Positions 1 through 8,958 of a stretch of 13,030 nucleotides of DNA are shown piece after piece. Under the pieces are notes generated by a model. It had not been told where the DNA came from and ran no database searches. It saw only the letters and a program-made list of their open reading frames with translations. The DNA is from Octopus sinensis. Taxonomy: Eukaryota. Numbering within the stretch: position 1 is the first letter of the stretch; every line of letters begins with the position of its first letter. A program made the position numbers and the translations under genes. The DNA is taken from NCBI RefSeq assembly GCF_006345805.1, contig NW_021826464.1:1-13030 (forward strand), given 5' to 3'.

Positions 1-139
1 CATCCCCTCCGGAGCCTCCTCGTGGAGCTTTTAGGTGTTTTCGATCAATAAACACTCACAACGCCCGGTCTGGGAATCGAAACCGCGATCCTATGACCGC
101 GAGTCCGCTGCCCTAACCACTGGGCCATTGCGCCTCCAC
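1..139 (-). mobile_element. 5' head of tRNA-derived SINE (family A); body runs off the left edge of the window
   Basis: Reverse complement GTGGAGGCGCAATGGCCCAGTGGTTAGGGCAGCGG...GGTTTCGATTCCCAGACCGGG has a Pol III A-box (TGGCCCAGTGG, 117-127) and B-box (GTTTCGATTCC, 73-83). The window start CATCCCCTCCGGA matches CATCCCCTGCCGGA at 4759-4772, where the first headless family A body ends. Confidence 0.9.
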
Positions 140-687
140 ATCTGTAAAATAGTTATTGCATGAATTATATACAAACTAGTTTGAATAGAAAGCCAACTTC
201 AGAAATGCATTTATTCCTGAAATTTGCATTTTGAATGGAATCAGCTTTCTACGCGGTGATAAAGCCAAAATTTGTTGATCCCCAAAGTCCAAATCAATAG
301 AACGCATTTTATGTTTTCCAAGAATTTTACATTAAAAGTCAAAATTTTCCCCCATATGTAACATATAGCATTCACGTTTGCTAAAGGAAAAAAAAATAAT
401 AAATAATAATAAAAGAAAGCAGTGTGTTATGTTAAAAGAAGGTACGACTCACCAAAATATTACGGAAGGACAATCAGCGAAGTTTATGGCAATGTCGAAC
501 AAACAAGAATACGGATGCACAGAGAGTACAAACAAAAGGTTGCTGGGAAGTAAATATTTTAAGATATCAGCACGAGATATAGAATGGTAAATAGAATAGG
601 CATACTCAAGCTATGGTGGTAGTCTGTGATGCCAAAAGGAAACAGGATTCAAAATGGAAAAATACTTATGTGGAAAAATGCGTAAGG

Positions 688-715
688 TAGGCGCGGCTGT
701 GTGGTAAGAAGCTTG
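688..715 (+). mobile_element. 5' tip of SINE family C, interrupted by a family B insertion
   Basis: GGCGCGGCTGTGTGGTAAGAAGCTTG matches the head of the full copy at 2424-2841 (- strand: AGGCGCAGGAGTGGCTGTGTGGTAAGTAGCTTG). Confidence 0.7.
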
Positions 716-722
716 TGGCAAG

Positions 723-957
723 AAGGCTGCGAGCTGGCAGAATCGTTAGCACGCCGGGCGAAATGCGTAGCTGTATTTCGTCTGCCGTTACGTTCTGAGT
801 TCAAATTCCGCAGAGGTCGACTTTGCCTTTCATCCTTTCGGGGGTCGATAAATTAAGTACCAGTTACGCACTGGGGTCGATGTAATCGACTCAATCGCTT
901 TGTCTGTCCTTGTTTGTCCCCTCTATGTTTGGCCCCCTGTGGGTAGCAAAGAAATAG
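723..957 (+). mobile_element. Near full-length SINE family B (tRNA head; GGTCGACTTTGCCTTTCATCCTTTCGGGGTCGATAAA central domain)
   Basis: Collinear with 4146-4377. It has a B-box-like GAGTTCAAATTCC and ends in A-rich AAAGAAATAG. The central block resembles the Meta/MESC-type SINE domain from memory (unverified). Confidence 0.9.
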
Positions 958-1139
958 GTATTTCGTCTGCCGTTACGTTCTGAGTTCAAATTCCGCCGAG
1001 GTCGACTTTGCCCTTCATCCTTTCGGGGGTCGATAAATTAAGTACCAGTTACGCACTGGGGTCGATGTAATCGAATCAATCGCTTTGTCTGTCCTTGTTT
1101 GTCCCCTCTATGTTTGTCCCCTTGTGAGCAATGAAATAT
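958..1139 (+). mobile_element. 5'-truncated tandem duplicate of the family B SINE
   Basis: Direct repeat of 773-957 starting at GTATTTCGTCTGCC. It shares TTTCGGGGGTCG and AATCGCTTTG with the adjacent copy but not with the 4146 copy. Confidence 0.9.
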
Positions 1140-1145
1140 AAAAAA

Positions 1146-1294
1146 AAGTAGGTTGTTTGCCAACCACATGGTCCCGGGTTCAGTTTCACTGCGTGGCACT
1201 TTGCGCAAGTGTCTTCTGATATAGCCTCGGACTGATCAAAGCTTTGTGAGTGGATTTGGTAGACGGAAAATGAAAGAAGCCCGTCGTATATATA
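1146..1294 (+). mobile_element. Remainder of the interrupted SINE family C copy (B-box and CORE-like block, ending in the internal TA microsatellite)
   Basis: CCAACCACATGGTCCCGGGTTCAG...GGATTTGGTAGACGGAAAATGAAAGAAGCCCGTCGTATATA matches the reverse complement of about 2680-2812. Confidence 0.9.
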
Positions 1295-1680
1295 TTTTAT
1301 TAGTAATGATGTTGTTAGTAGTAAGAATATTGATATTGATAGCATTATTGTTATTGATAACGGTATTGGTATTAACATTATTGACTTTTGTAAAGTAATA
1401 CAAATTACTATAATGCACTGTTTACTATATATGTCTGCATTAAGTATGAATATGTCTGTTGTAATTTCTTAATATTAGTTGAGGAACTGTAACATTCGAT
1501 ATAGAACATCATTATGTTTATTGATATATATTGATGTATATTATTTATATTATTATGTATATCTATATGTGTATATATATATAAGGATATGAGTATATAT
1601 GCACTCATATTTATATGTAGGTGATTTTGGGTATGTACTCATACTTATATAGGTATATGTGTAACTTTTTTTATGCATTA

Positions 1681-1799
1681 GTATCTCCGAAGAGGCCGTA
1701 AGATACTTTTGTTAATGTCTCATTTATACCTGCAATATATGGCTAATATAGGTTAAATGAGACATACATATCTGCACGGCCGAAACAGCTGTCAGTTAT
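1681..1799 (+). ncRNA. Degenerate type I hammerhead ribozyme with an 88-nt helix II
   Basis: CCGAAGA at 1687-1693 (U4->C). GGCCGT 1694-1699 pairs with ACGGCC 1776-1781; inner AGATA/TATCT and a perfect 11-bp TGTCTCATTTA 1716-1726 / TAAATGAGACA 1754-1764. Then GAAAC 1782-1786, palindrome ACAGCTGT and triplet GTC 1791-1793. Helix I GTATCT/AGTTAT has one mismatch. Confidence 0.75.
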
Positions 1800-1986
1800 A
1801 ATGTATATGTATTTTTATATCTTGTTATATTTATTTAGTCATATCTCATTATATTGATTGTAATTATTGTACTGTATTAATGTCTAATCTTAATGCTCTT
1901 GTGTAGTGTTTTAATAAAGTATATGATTCGGTATTATCTGATAGTTGATGAATGATTTAGATATATTTCTCCATTTTCTTATTTTG

Positions 1987-1994
1987 TATATATA

Positions 1995-2040
<46 letters not shown>
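1987..2040. repeat. (TA)n microsatellite
   Basis: Direct reading. Confidence 0.97.
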
Positions 2041-2041
2041 T

Positions 2042-2404
2042 CGTGGCACTCCGTCGGTTACGACGACAAGGGTCCCAGCTGATACGAACAACGGATCAGG
2101 TCCCGTTACAGGCGCGATAGACATTAATGTTTTGCCATTTTTGTGACATCAAGGGTGGCACCTCGGAATATCATGATAGCGGACATTAGTCGTCGCATGA
2201 TTGCTATCCCTACCCGTGAAAATCTGCAACCCACCCCCTAGCCAGGGCACCACTTCTTCACAATATTAAACCCACCAGCTGTTGATATATATTGAAGCAA
2301 CACGAAAATAGATGTCTTGCTCAAGATGATAACGTACCCGCAAGAAATCGAACCCATGATGTTACAATTCAGAGCCCACTACTTTTAACCAGTAATCTAC
2401 GCGC
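2042..2404 (-). mobile_element. Old, diverged tRNA/CORE-like SINE with the family A-type 3' tail
   Basis: On the - strand: degenerate head (GCGCGTAGATTACTGGTTAAAAG...GGGTTCGATTTC), CORE-like CTTGAGCAAGACATCTATTTTCGTGTTGCTTC, about 170 nt of unique body, then GGGACCCTTGTCGTCGTAACCGACGGAGTGCC matching the tails at about 4516 and 4822. Confidence 0.7.
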
Positions 2405-2423
2405 GTTAACTAACGGTACGCCG

Positions 2424-2841
2424 TTTACTCTCTTTACTCTTTCCTCTATTACTTGTTTCAGTCATTTGACTGCGGCCATGCTGGAGCACCGCCTTTAATC
2501 GAGCAACTCGACCCCGGGACTTATTCTTTTGTAAGCCCAGTACTTATTCTATCGGTCTCTTTTGCCGAACCGCTAAGTAACGGGGACATAAACACACCAG
2601 CATCGGTTGTCAAGCAATGCTAGGGGAACAAACACACACACACATACACATACATACATATATATATATACATATATACGACAGGCTCCTTTTGTTTCCG
2701 TCTACCAAATCCACTCACAAGGCTTTGGTCGGCCCGAGGCTATAGTAGAAGACACTTGCCCAAGGTGCTACTCAGTGGGACTGAACCCGGAACCATGTGG
2801 TTGGTAAGCAAGCTACTTACCACACAGCCACTCCTGCGCCT
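2424..2841 (-). mobile_element. Full-length SINE family C with an internal (TA/TG) microsatellite and an AAAGAGTA-like tail
   Basis: A-box TGGCTGTGTGG (2820-2830), B-box GGTTCAGTCCC (2777-2787), CORE-like CCTTGGGCAAGTG, microsatellite at about 2630-2680, 3' block GGCGGTGCTCCAGCATGGCCGCAGTCAAATGACTGAAACAAG and a short-repeat tail at 2424-2450. Confidence 0.92.
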
Positions 2842-3363
2842 AATTTGAATATTTCCGGTTAAAATAAATTTGTTAATTATCCGTGTTTAAGCTACCTTCT
2901 TCCGGCATGACTAATCTTGGCCGCATCAACCAAATGTTCAATCATTCGCGTTCAGCTTTATTCAATTCTTCTCTATATTTCAAAACCTTATCCTTAACAT
3001 GTCTTTTTAAATATCCACAGCCAATAATTATATAGAATTCTTCACTATCAATTCTATTCTTGACCTGAATGGTAGCTTTGACCCTAAACATTCTTCTGTG
3101 AAGACTGACGTATTAATCTGCCAGTATCCAGCCAGCCCCATTGTTATAAATTTCATTTAAGCGGAGTTTTATAATAGCAAGAAGCTGAAATTACTATAAA
3201 CTTGGCTATTATCCTATCTGCTGCTATAACACAGAATCCAGCCGATCAAAATCTTGATCGCTAACAATATAGGATAAAATTGCTCCAATTTGTAAACACT
3301 TAAAAAGAGATGGGCAGTTTAAAGAATGTTTGACTCTCGCCTTACATGCAAATTATGGGTGAC

Positions 3364-3732
3364 CTTTGAGCAGCATCTGAAAAACTTTTGAGCAATATCT
3401 GAGTAACCTTTCATCAGCGTCTGAGCAACTTTTGAGCAGCATCTGAGCAACTTTTGAGCAGCATCTGAGCAATATGTGACGAATATCTGAGCAACATCTG
3501 AGCAATAAATTAGCAATTTCTGAGCAACATAAGAGCAATATCTGAGCAACCTCTGAGCAACATCTGAGTAACATCTGAGCAATATCTGAGCAACATCTGA
3601 GCAATATCTGAGCAACACATGAGCAACATCTGAGCAACATCTGAGCAATATCTGAGCAACATCTGAGCAACACATGAGCAACCTCTGAGCAACATCTGAG
3701 CAATATCTGAGCAATATCTGAGCACCATCTGA
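3364..3732. repeat. 11-bp minisatellite, consensus ATCTGAGCAAC/T, about 33 units
   Basis: Direct reading; units are more diverged on the left and more homogeneous on the right. Confidence 0.95.
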
Positions 3733-4145
3733 TTGCCCTGACGTAAACAATAAAGGCATGTCAGAACTAGCATGTATTAACATCTTTAAGAACAAGGAAA
3801 ACTAGTAGAACATTCCAATAAAAACATCATTTCGTTGCAAACATAACAGACCTGGTATTATTCTGCGGGACAAGCAACAAAACCATGCACCGTTGTAGAG
3901 GTCAGCTGCCCTGTAGACGTGAATGTACAATGAGAAGTCCAAGAAAATGAGAAATGGTGAATTAATATGGAACTTATAGCTCTTGTATTCTGACTATAAA
4001 CCCTCCATTGTACCTATCATTATAGGTGCATTAAACTATATTCCTACAAATTTACACAAAAATCTAGAAATACTAAGATTTTCGGAGAAAAAGCAAAAGA
4101 ATCCGACGCCGATTCTCCAAATGTAGTCTATTACTGCCGCAGTGG

Positions 4146-4377
4146 AAGGCGGCGAACTGGCAGAAATGTTAGCGCGCCGGGCGAAATGCTTAGCGGTATT
4201 TCGTCTGCCGCTACGTTCTGAGTTCAAATACCGCCAAGGTCGACTTTGCCTTTCATCCTTTAGGGGTCGATTAAATAAGTACCTGTTACGCACTGGGTCG
4301 ATGTAATCGACTTAATCCGTTTGTCTGTCCTTGTTTGTCCCCTCTATGTTTAGCCCCTTGTGGGCAATAAATAAATA
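4146..4377 (+). mobile_element. Full-length SINE family B with a 16-bp target-site duplication
   Basis: Matches 723-957. Flanked by TATTACTGCCGCAGTG (4129-4144) and TATTACTGGTGCAGTG (4378-4393), 14/16 identical. Confidence 0.93.
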
Positions 4378-4505
4378 TATTACTGGTGCAGTGAATATTT
4401 GCAAGGCATTCCAAAGAATTTCCATCTAAGATTCTTTAGGTGAATAAATGCACAAAGCTGGTTGTGTGCATCGACAGTTCAACCGACACACCAACTCAAC
4501 TACAT

Positions 4506-4772
4506 GGATATGGAAGCACTCCGTCGGTTACGACGATGAGGGTTCCGGTTGATCCGAATCAACGGAACAGTCTGCTCGTGAAATTAACATGTAAGTGGCT
4601 GAGCACTCCACAGACACGTGTACCCTTAACGTAGTTCTCGGGGAATATTCAGCGTGACACAGAGTGACAAGGCCGGCCCTTTGAAATACAGGTACAACAG
4701 AAACAGGAAGTAAGAGTGAGAGAAAGTTGTGGTGAAAGAGTACAGCAGGGATCACCACCATCCCCTGCCGGA
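4506..4772 (-). mobile_element. 5'-truncated SINE family A body with a perfect 10-bp TSD
   Basis: TCAACTACAT at 4496-4505 and 4773-4782. The body is nearly identical to 4819-5068 and joins the head seen at 1-139. Confidence 0.92.
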
Positions 4773-4818
4773 TCAACTACATATTTACACACACCACACA
4801 CACACACATACATTGATT

Positions 4819-5068
4819 GAAGCACTCCGTCGGTTACGACGACGAGGGTTCCGGTTGATCCGAACCAACGGAACAGCCTACTCGTGAAATTAACGTGTAA
4901 ATGGCTGAGCACTCCACAGACACGTGTACCCTTAACGTAGTTCTCGGGGATATTCAGCGTGACACAGAGAGTGACAAGGCCAGCCCCTTGAAATACAGGT
5001 ACAACAGAAACAGGAAGTAAGAGTGAGAGAAAGTTGTGGTGAAAGAGTACTGCAGGGATCACCACCAT
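4819..5068 (-). mobile_element. Second 5'-truncated SINE family A body
   Basis: Direct repeat of 4513-4761 with scattered substitutions and a different tail sequence. Confidence 0.92.
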
Positions 5069-5250
5069 TGTACAGGTCAAATCCTGTTTTGTAAAAATCA
5101 ATAGACATTAGGTATTGCTACAAGGGACATCAATATTTCAAACTCACGCCGTTAATAAACAGACTTACAAGGGAAAGATGTCGGTGTTTTCTATTACTAA
5201 ATCAGAAAGTAAGCATAAGAACCGTGTTTGATGGATGACTTTAGCAGAAA

Positions 5251-5386
5251 CGCACACACACACACACACACATATACACACGCACACACACACACACACA
5301 CACACACCACACACACACACGCACATATACACACGCACATGCACGCACGCACACACACATATACACACACACGCAGACACAAATAT
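5251..5386. repeat. Compound (CA)n microsatellite
   Basis: Direct reading. Confidence 0.97.
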
Positions 5387-5512
5387 ATGTCCTTTAGTTT
5401 GCCTTTGCGTTTCTCTCTCCGCTTAAACTTCGTGTTTTCAATTTTGAAATTTTATACTAATTTTAGATGTTATACACTTTATATATTTCTCTTTTATTTT
5501 ATCTTTTCGTTT

Positions 5513-5551
5513 TGTTTCTGGTGAAAGACTAAAGTCCGAAACGCTAAGACA
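5513..5551 (+). ncRNA. Degenerate minimal hammerhead-like motif
   Basis: TGTTT-CTGGTGA-AA-GAC TAAA GTC-C-GAAAC-GCTA-AGACA. Helix I TGTTT/AGACA (5 bp with one G.U) and a GAC/GTC hairpin are present, but the core has A6->G and helix III is defective. Confidence 0.5.
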
Positions 5552-5651
5552 CTTCACGTTGATTTTAAGTTCTCAAACCCTGAAATAAATCATATTCGTC
5601 AAAATTTAATATTTTCTGCCTTGTTCTTTTTGCATGTTTCTTGTCCTTACA

Positions 5652-5858
5652 GTGTGTGTGGTTGTGGGTGTGTGTATGTGTGTGTGTGTGTGTGCATGTG
5701 TGTGTGTGTGTGTGTCTGTGTGTGTGTCTATAGAGGAAGAGAAATAAAATAACGTACAGATATATATATATATATATATGTATATTTTTTACATGTACAC
5801 ATAGGTCATAGATAGATAGTTAGAGAGATAGGTATATATATATATATACATATTATAT

Positions 5859-5902
<44 letters not shown>

Positions 5903-5905
5903 TAT
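5652..5905. repeat. (TG)n, (TA)n and (GATA)n microsatellite patch
   Basis: Direct reading; short non-repeat spacers in between. Confidence 0.93.
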
Positions 5906-5960
5906 CGCCATGATAGATCGTTAGCACTACACACAGTTTTTTCTCGTTTTTTTCTGTGTA

Positions 5961-5998
5961 TCTTTCTGTAGAAGTGCGTAGGTTCGAAACGTAAAAGA
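5961..5998 (+). ncRNA. Degenerate minimal type I hammerhead, probably within a PLE-derived repeat (about 5908-6090)
   Basis: TCTTT(5961-65)-CTGTAGA(5966-72)-A-GTGC GTAG GTTC-GAAAC(5986-90)-GTA-AAAGA(5994-98). Helix I is a perfect 5 bp and helix III is the palindrome ACGT; the core has A6->T and helix II has one mismatch. Confidence 0.65.
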
Positions 5999-6257
5999 CT
6001 TTTTCTATTCTTGAGCGCTATACTAATACATCTGTTTGTTTTGTACACCACCTGTCTTCGTCTTTTGTATTTTTTTCGTAAACTTTCCCTATACACACAC
6101 ACACACACACATATATATAAACAGTTGGAGAGATCACTAAATGAATCTCTTGTATGTTGAAAATTGACGTCTTACCACGAAATCTGTTTTCAAATTAGCA
6201 AGATGGTTGATGTTTACGAGGTTGACAAATGAAAAGAAATAAACACATATATATATT

Positions 6258-6545
6258 TAGGTTGTGAGCTCGAATCCCAGACCGGGCTGCGTGTTGTGTT
6301 CTTGAGCAAGACACTTTATTTCACGTTGCTCCAGTTCACTCAGCTGTAGAAATAGTTGCGACGTCACTTGTGCCAAGCTGTATCGACCTTTGCCTTCCCT
6401 TGGATAACACTGGTGGCGTGGAGAGGGGAGGCTGTATGCATGGGCGACTGCTGGTCTTCCATAAACAACCTTGCCCGGACTTGTGTCTAGGAGGGTAACT
6501 TTCTAGGTGCACTCCCATGGTCAGTGTCGTGACCGAAGGGGGGTC
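6258..6545 (+). mobile_element. tRNA-derived CORE-like SINE (family D), A-box missing
   Basis: B-box variant GCTCGAATCC (6268-6277), followed by GTGTTCTTGAGCAAGACACTTTATTTCACGTTGCTCCAGTTCACTCAGCTGTAGAAAT, which aligns to the CORE domain as I recall it (GTGACCTTGGGCAAGTCACTTAACCTCTCTGTGCCTCAGTTTCCTCATCTGTAAAAT). Confidence 0.85.
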
Positions 6546-6557
6546 ACATATATATAT

Positions 6558-6589
<32 letters not shown>

Positions 6590-6755
6590 TTATATACATA
6601 CACCCACACACACATACATATATATATAGGTTTATATATATATACATATATGATATATGATATATATATGCATGTATATGTATATTTATGTACACACATA
6701 TATATACATATACGTATATATATATATATACATTTATATATATTTACACAGATAA

Positions 6756-6808
<53 letters not shown>
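6546..6808. repeat. Compound (TA)n/(CA)n/(GATA)n/(GACA)n microsatellite
   Basis: Direct reading. Confidence 0.96.
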
Positions 6809-7164
6809 TGGAGGAGAGAGCGGGGTGACGAACAGACAGACAAATAAATCAAAGGAACAAATAAATCTACAATGTGTCAGATAACATTGAATACCGTTGA
6901 CAACAGATTGTAAATAATTCATAAAACCATCTTATATGCAAACATTGAGATAATTCACTCACTCAGATATAAAATATATATATATATATATATTATGCGT
7001 GGCACACAGTGGCACCTGTTCGGGCAGCGTTGATTTGATAGAGGCAGGGAGGGAGTGAGATAATATATGCGGCACATATATTTGATCACTGTACACAAGT
7101 CGTTTGTGATGGTCATTCGGATGAAAGCTGGACACTCGCACGTCGTATTCGAGTGGGAGAGTCC

Positions 7165-7441
7165 ATCACCACCACCACCATCATCATCATTATCATCTCA
7201 TCATCCATCATCGTCACCACCATCATCATCATCATCATCACCACCAACATCATCATCATCATCATCATCACCACAATCACCATCATCATCATCATCACCG
7301 TCACTACCATCATCACCATCACTATCGTCGTCGTCATCATCATCATCATCGTCGTCATCATCATCATCATCATCAACACCATCACCATCGTCCTCCTCCT
7401 CCTCATCATCATCATCACCACCACCATCTTCTTCATCATCG

Positions 7442-7472
<31 letters not shown>

Positions 7473-7660
7473 TATCATCTCATCATCATCGTCATCATCA
7501 TCATCACCGTCATCATCATCATCATCATCACCATTATCATCATCAGCAGCCTCACTATCATCATCGTCATCATCATCATCATCATCAGCAGCAGCAGTTC
7601 CCCCTCCATCATCATCATCTTTATCACCATCACCATCACAATCATCGTCGTCGTCGTCAT
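7165..7660. repeat. Compound trinucleotide repeat (CAT/CAC/CGT/CCT)n
   Basis: About 500 bp of CAT-family triplets; it generates the poly-S/H/I/D/M ORFs. Confidence 0.97.
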
Positions 7661-7730
7661 TATTTATCGTTACAAAACGTTTAAAAATCTTTCCAATAGA
7701 ATCAAATAACCCAAAACTAACAATTTTCCA

Positions 7731-7820
7731 CACGTCACTTCCTGTTGTCATTCCGGAAACGAGAACACACATGCTTTTGACATTTCGATTCGGACAACTT
7801 CTTCGCTGGACGCCATTTTG
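7731..7820. promoter_or_regulatory. Candidate Pol II promoter motif cluster (ETS-CRE composite, ETS, YY1)
   Basis: CACGTCACTTCCTG at 7731-7744 (reverse complement CAGGAAGTGACGTG), TTCCGGAA at 7751-7758 and CGCCATTTTG at 7811-7820, in a CpG-retaining stretch with no other copy in the window. Confidence 0.45.
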
Positions 7821-8108
7821 AATTGTTGAAATTTGAAAGAAAAACCTAAAACAAAACACTTCGTCTTCAACGTTGCTAATGAAGATTGCCATTTCATCTG
7901 CCCCTTCGTGTATCACTGGTATTTGTTTATCCTGCTGCGTTCAATGACATTTGGAAGGAATCAATCAATCAGCATTAGTCACAGTAGAACGCTCTGTGAC
8001 GCTGATATTTCGCTTGAAAATCGATAAATACGATAAAGATTGTTATTGATCTCCAATTTCAGTTTCCATTTCTTCGCTTTCATATTTAAGTTCAGGTTTA
8101 TTTTATTC

Positions 8109-8945
8109 CTTCCTTCCTTCCTGCCTGCCTTCCTTCCTTCCTTCCTTCCTTCCTTCCTTCCTTCCTTCCTTCCTTCCTTTCTGCCTTCCTTCCTCCTTTC
8201 CCTCGTTCGTTCGTTCGTTCGTTCGTCCTGCCTTCCTTCCTGCCTTCCTTCTTTCCTTCCTTCCTTTCCTGCCTTCCTTCCTTCGTTCCCTCGTTCGTTC
8301 GTTAGTTGTTCGTCCTTCCTTTCCTTCCTTCCTTCCTTCGTTCATTCCTTCCTTCCTTCTTTCCCTCCTCTGTTCGTCCTTCCTGCCTTCCTTCCTGCCT
8401 TCCTTCTTCTTCCTTCCTTCCTGCCTTCCTCCTTCGTTCCCTCGTTCGTTCGTTAGTTGTTCGTCCTTCTTTCTTCCTTCCTCCTTCGTTCATTCCTTCC
8501 TTCCTTCTTTCTCTTCCCTCCTCTGTTCGTCCTTCCTGCCTTCCTTCCTGCCTTCCTTCTTTCCTTCCTTCCTTTCCTGCTCTTCCCTTCCGTCGTTCCC
8601 CTGTCGTTCGTTAGTTGTTCGTCCTTCCTTTCCTTCCTTCCTTCCTTCGTTCATTCCTTCCTTCCTCTTATCCCTCCTCTGTTCGTCCTTCCTGCCTTCC
8701 TTCCTGCCTTCCTTCTTTCCCTCCTTCGTTCGTTCGTTCGTTCGTCCTTCCTTCCTTCCTACCTGCCTGCCTTCCTTCGTTCGTCCTTCTTTCCTTCCTT
8801 CCTTCCTTCCTTCCTTCTTTCCCTCGTTCGTTCGTTCGTTGTTCGTCCTTCCTTTCCTTCCTTCCTTCCTTCCTGCCTTCCTTCCTTCCTTCCTTCCTTC
8901 CTTCCTTCCTTTCTTTCCTTTCCTGCCTTCCTTCCTTCCTTTCTC
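8109..8945. repeat. (CCTT)n/(TTCG)n polypyrimidine satellite with a higher-order repeat of about 150 bp
   Basis: The marker TCGTTAGTTGTTCGTCC recurs near 8300, 8450 and 8608; TTCATTCC and CCTCTGTTCGTCC each recur three times. Confidence 0.95.
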
Positions 8946-8958
8946 GATTCAATCAAGA

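Noticed and set aside
60-139. tRNA gene
   Set aside because: A and B boxes are present, but the anticodon arm and acceptor stem do not close and the sequence continues into a SINE body.
378-690. 70-aa ORF and purine-rich flank as a LINE RT fragment
   Set aside because: No RT or endonuclease motif recognised in the frames I read.
3409-3420. CTGATGA on the minus strand
   Set aside because: A minisatellite variant with no helix II stem and no GAAAC downstream.
3364-3732. CRISPR-like array
   Set aside because: Units abut directly with no unique spacers, and the context is eukaryotic.
3319-3795. Three overlapping Cys-rich ORFs resembling a metallothionein- or LRR-like repeat protein
   Set aside because: The same peptide appears in all three frames, which is the arithmetic result of an 11-bp unit.
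4440-5101. ORFs of 64-150 aa sharing the peptide MVVIPAVLFHHNF
   Set aside because: Read through duplicated SINE bodies; the shared peptide reflects the repeat.
5165-5524. CV / HT repeat ORFs (also 2607-2807, 6336-6922, 9105-9299, 12730-12946)
   Set aside because: Dinucleotide microsatellite translations.
7067-7916. Long ORFs of 205-267 aa (poly-S/H, poly-I, poly-D/M)
   Set aside because: They are open because (CAT)n-type triplets lack stops in several frames on both strands; no domain is recognisable.
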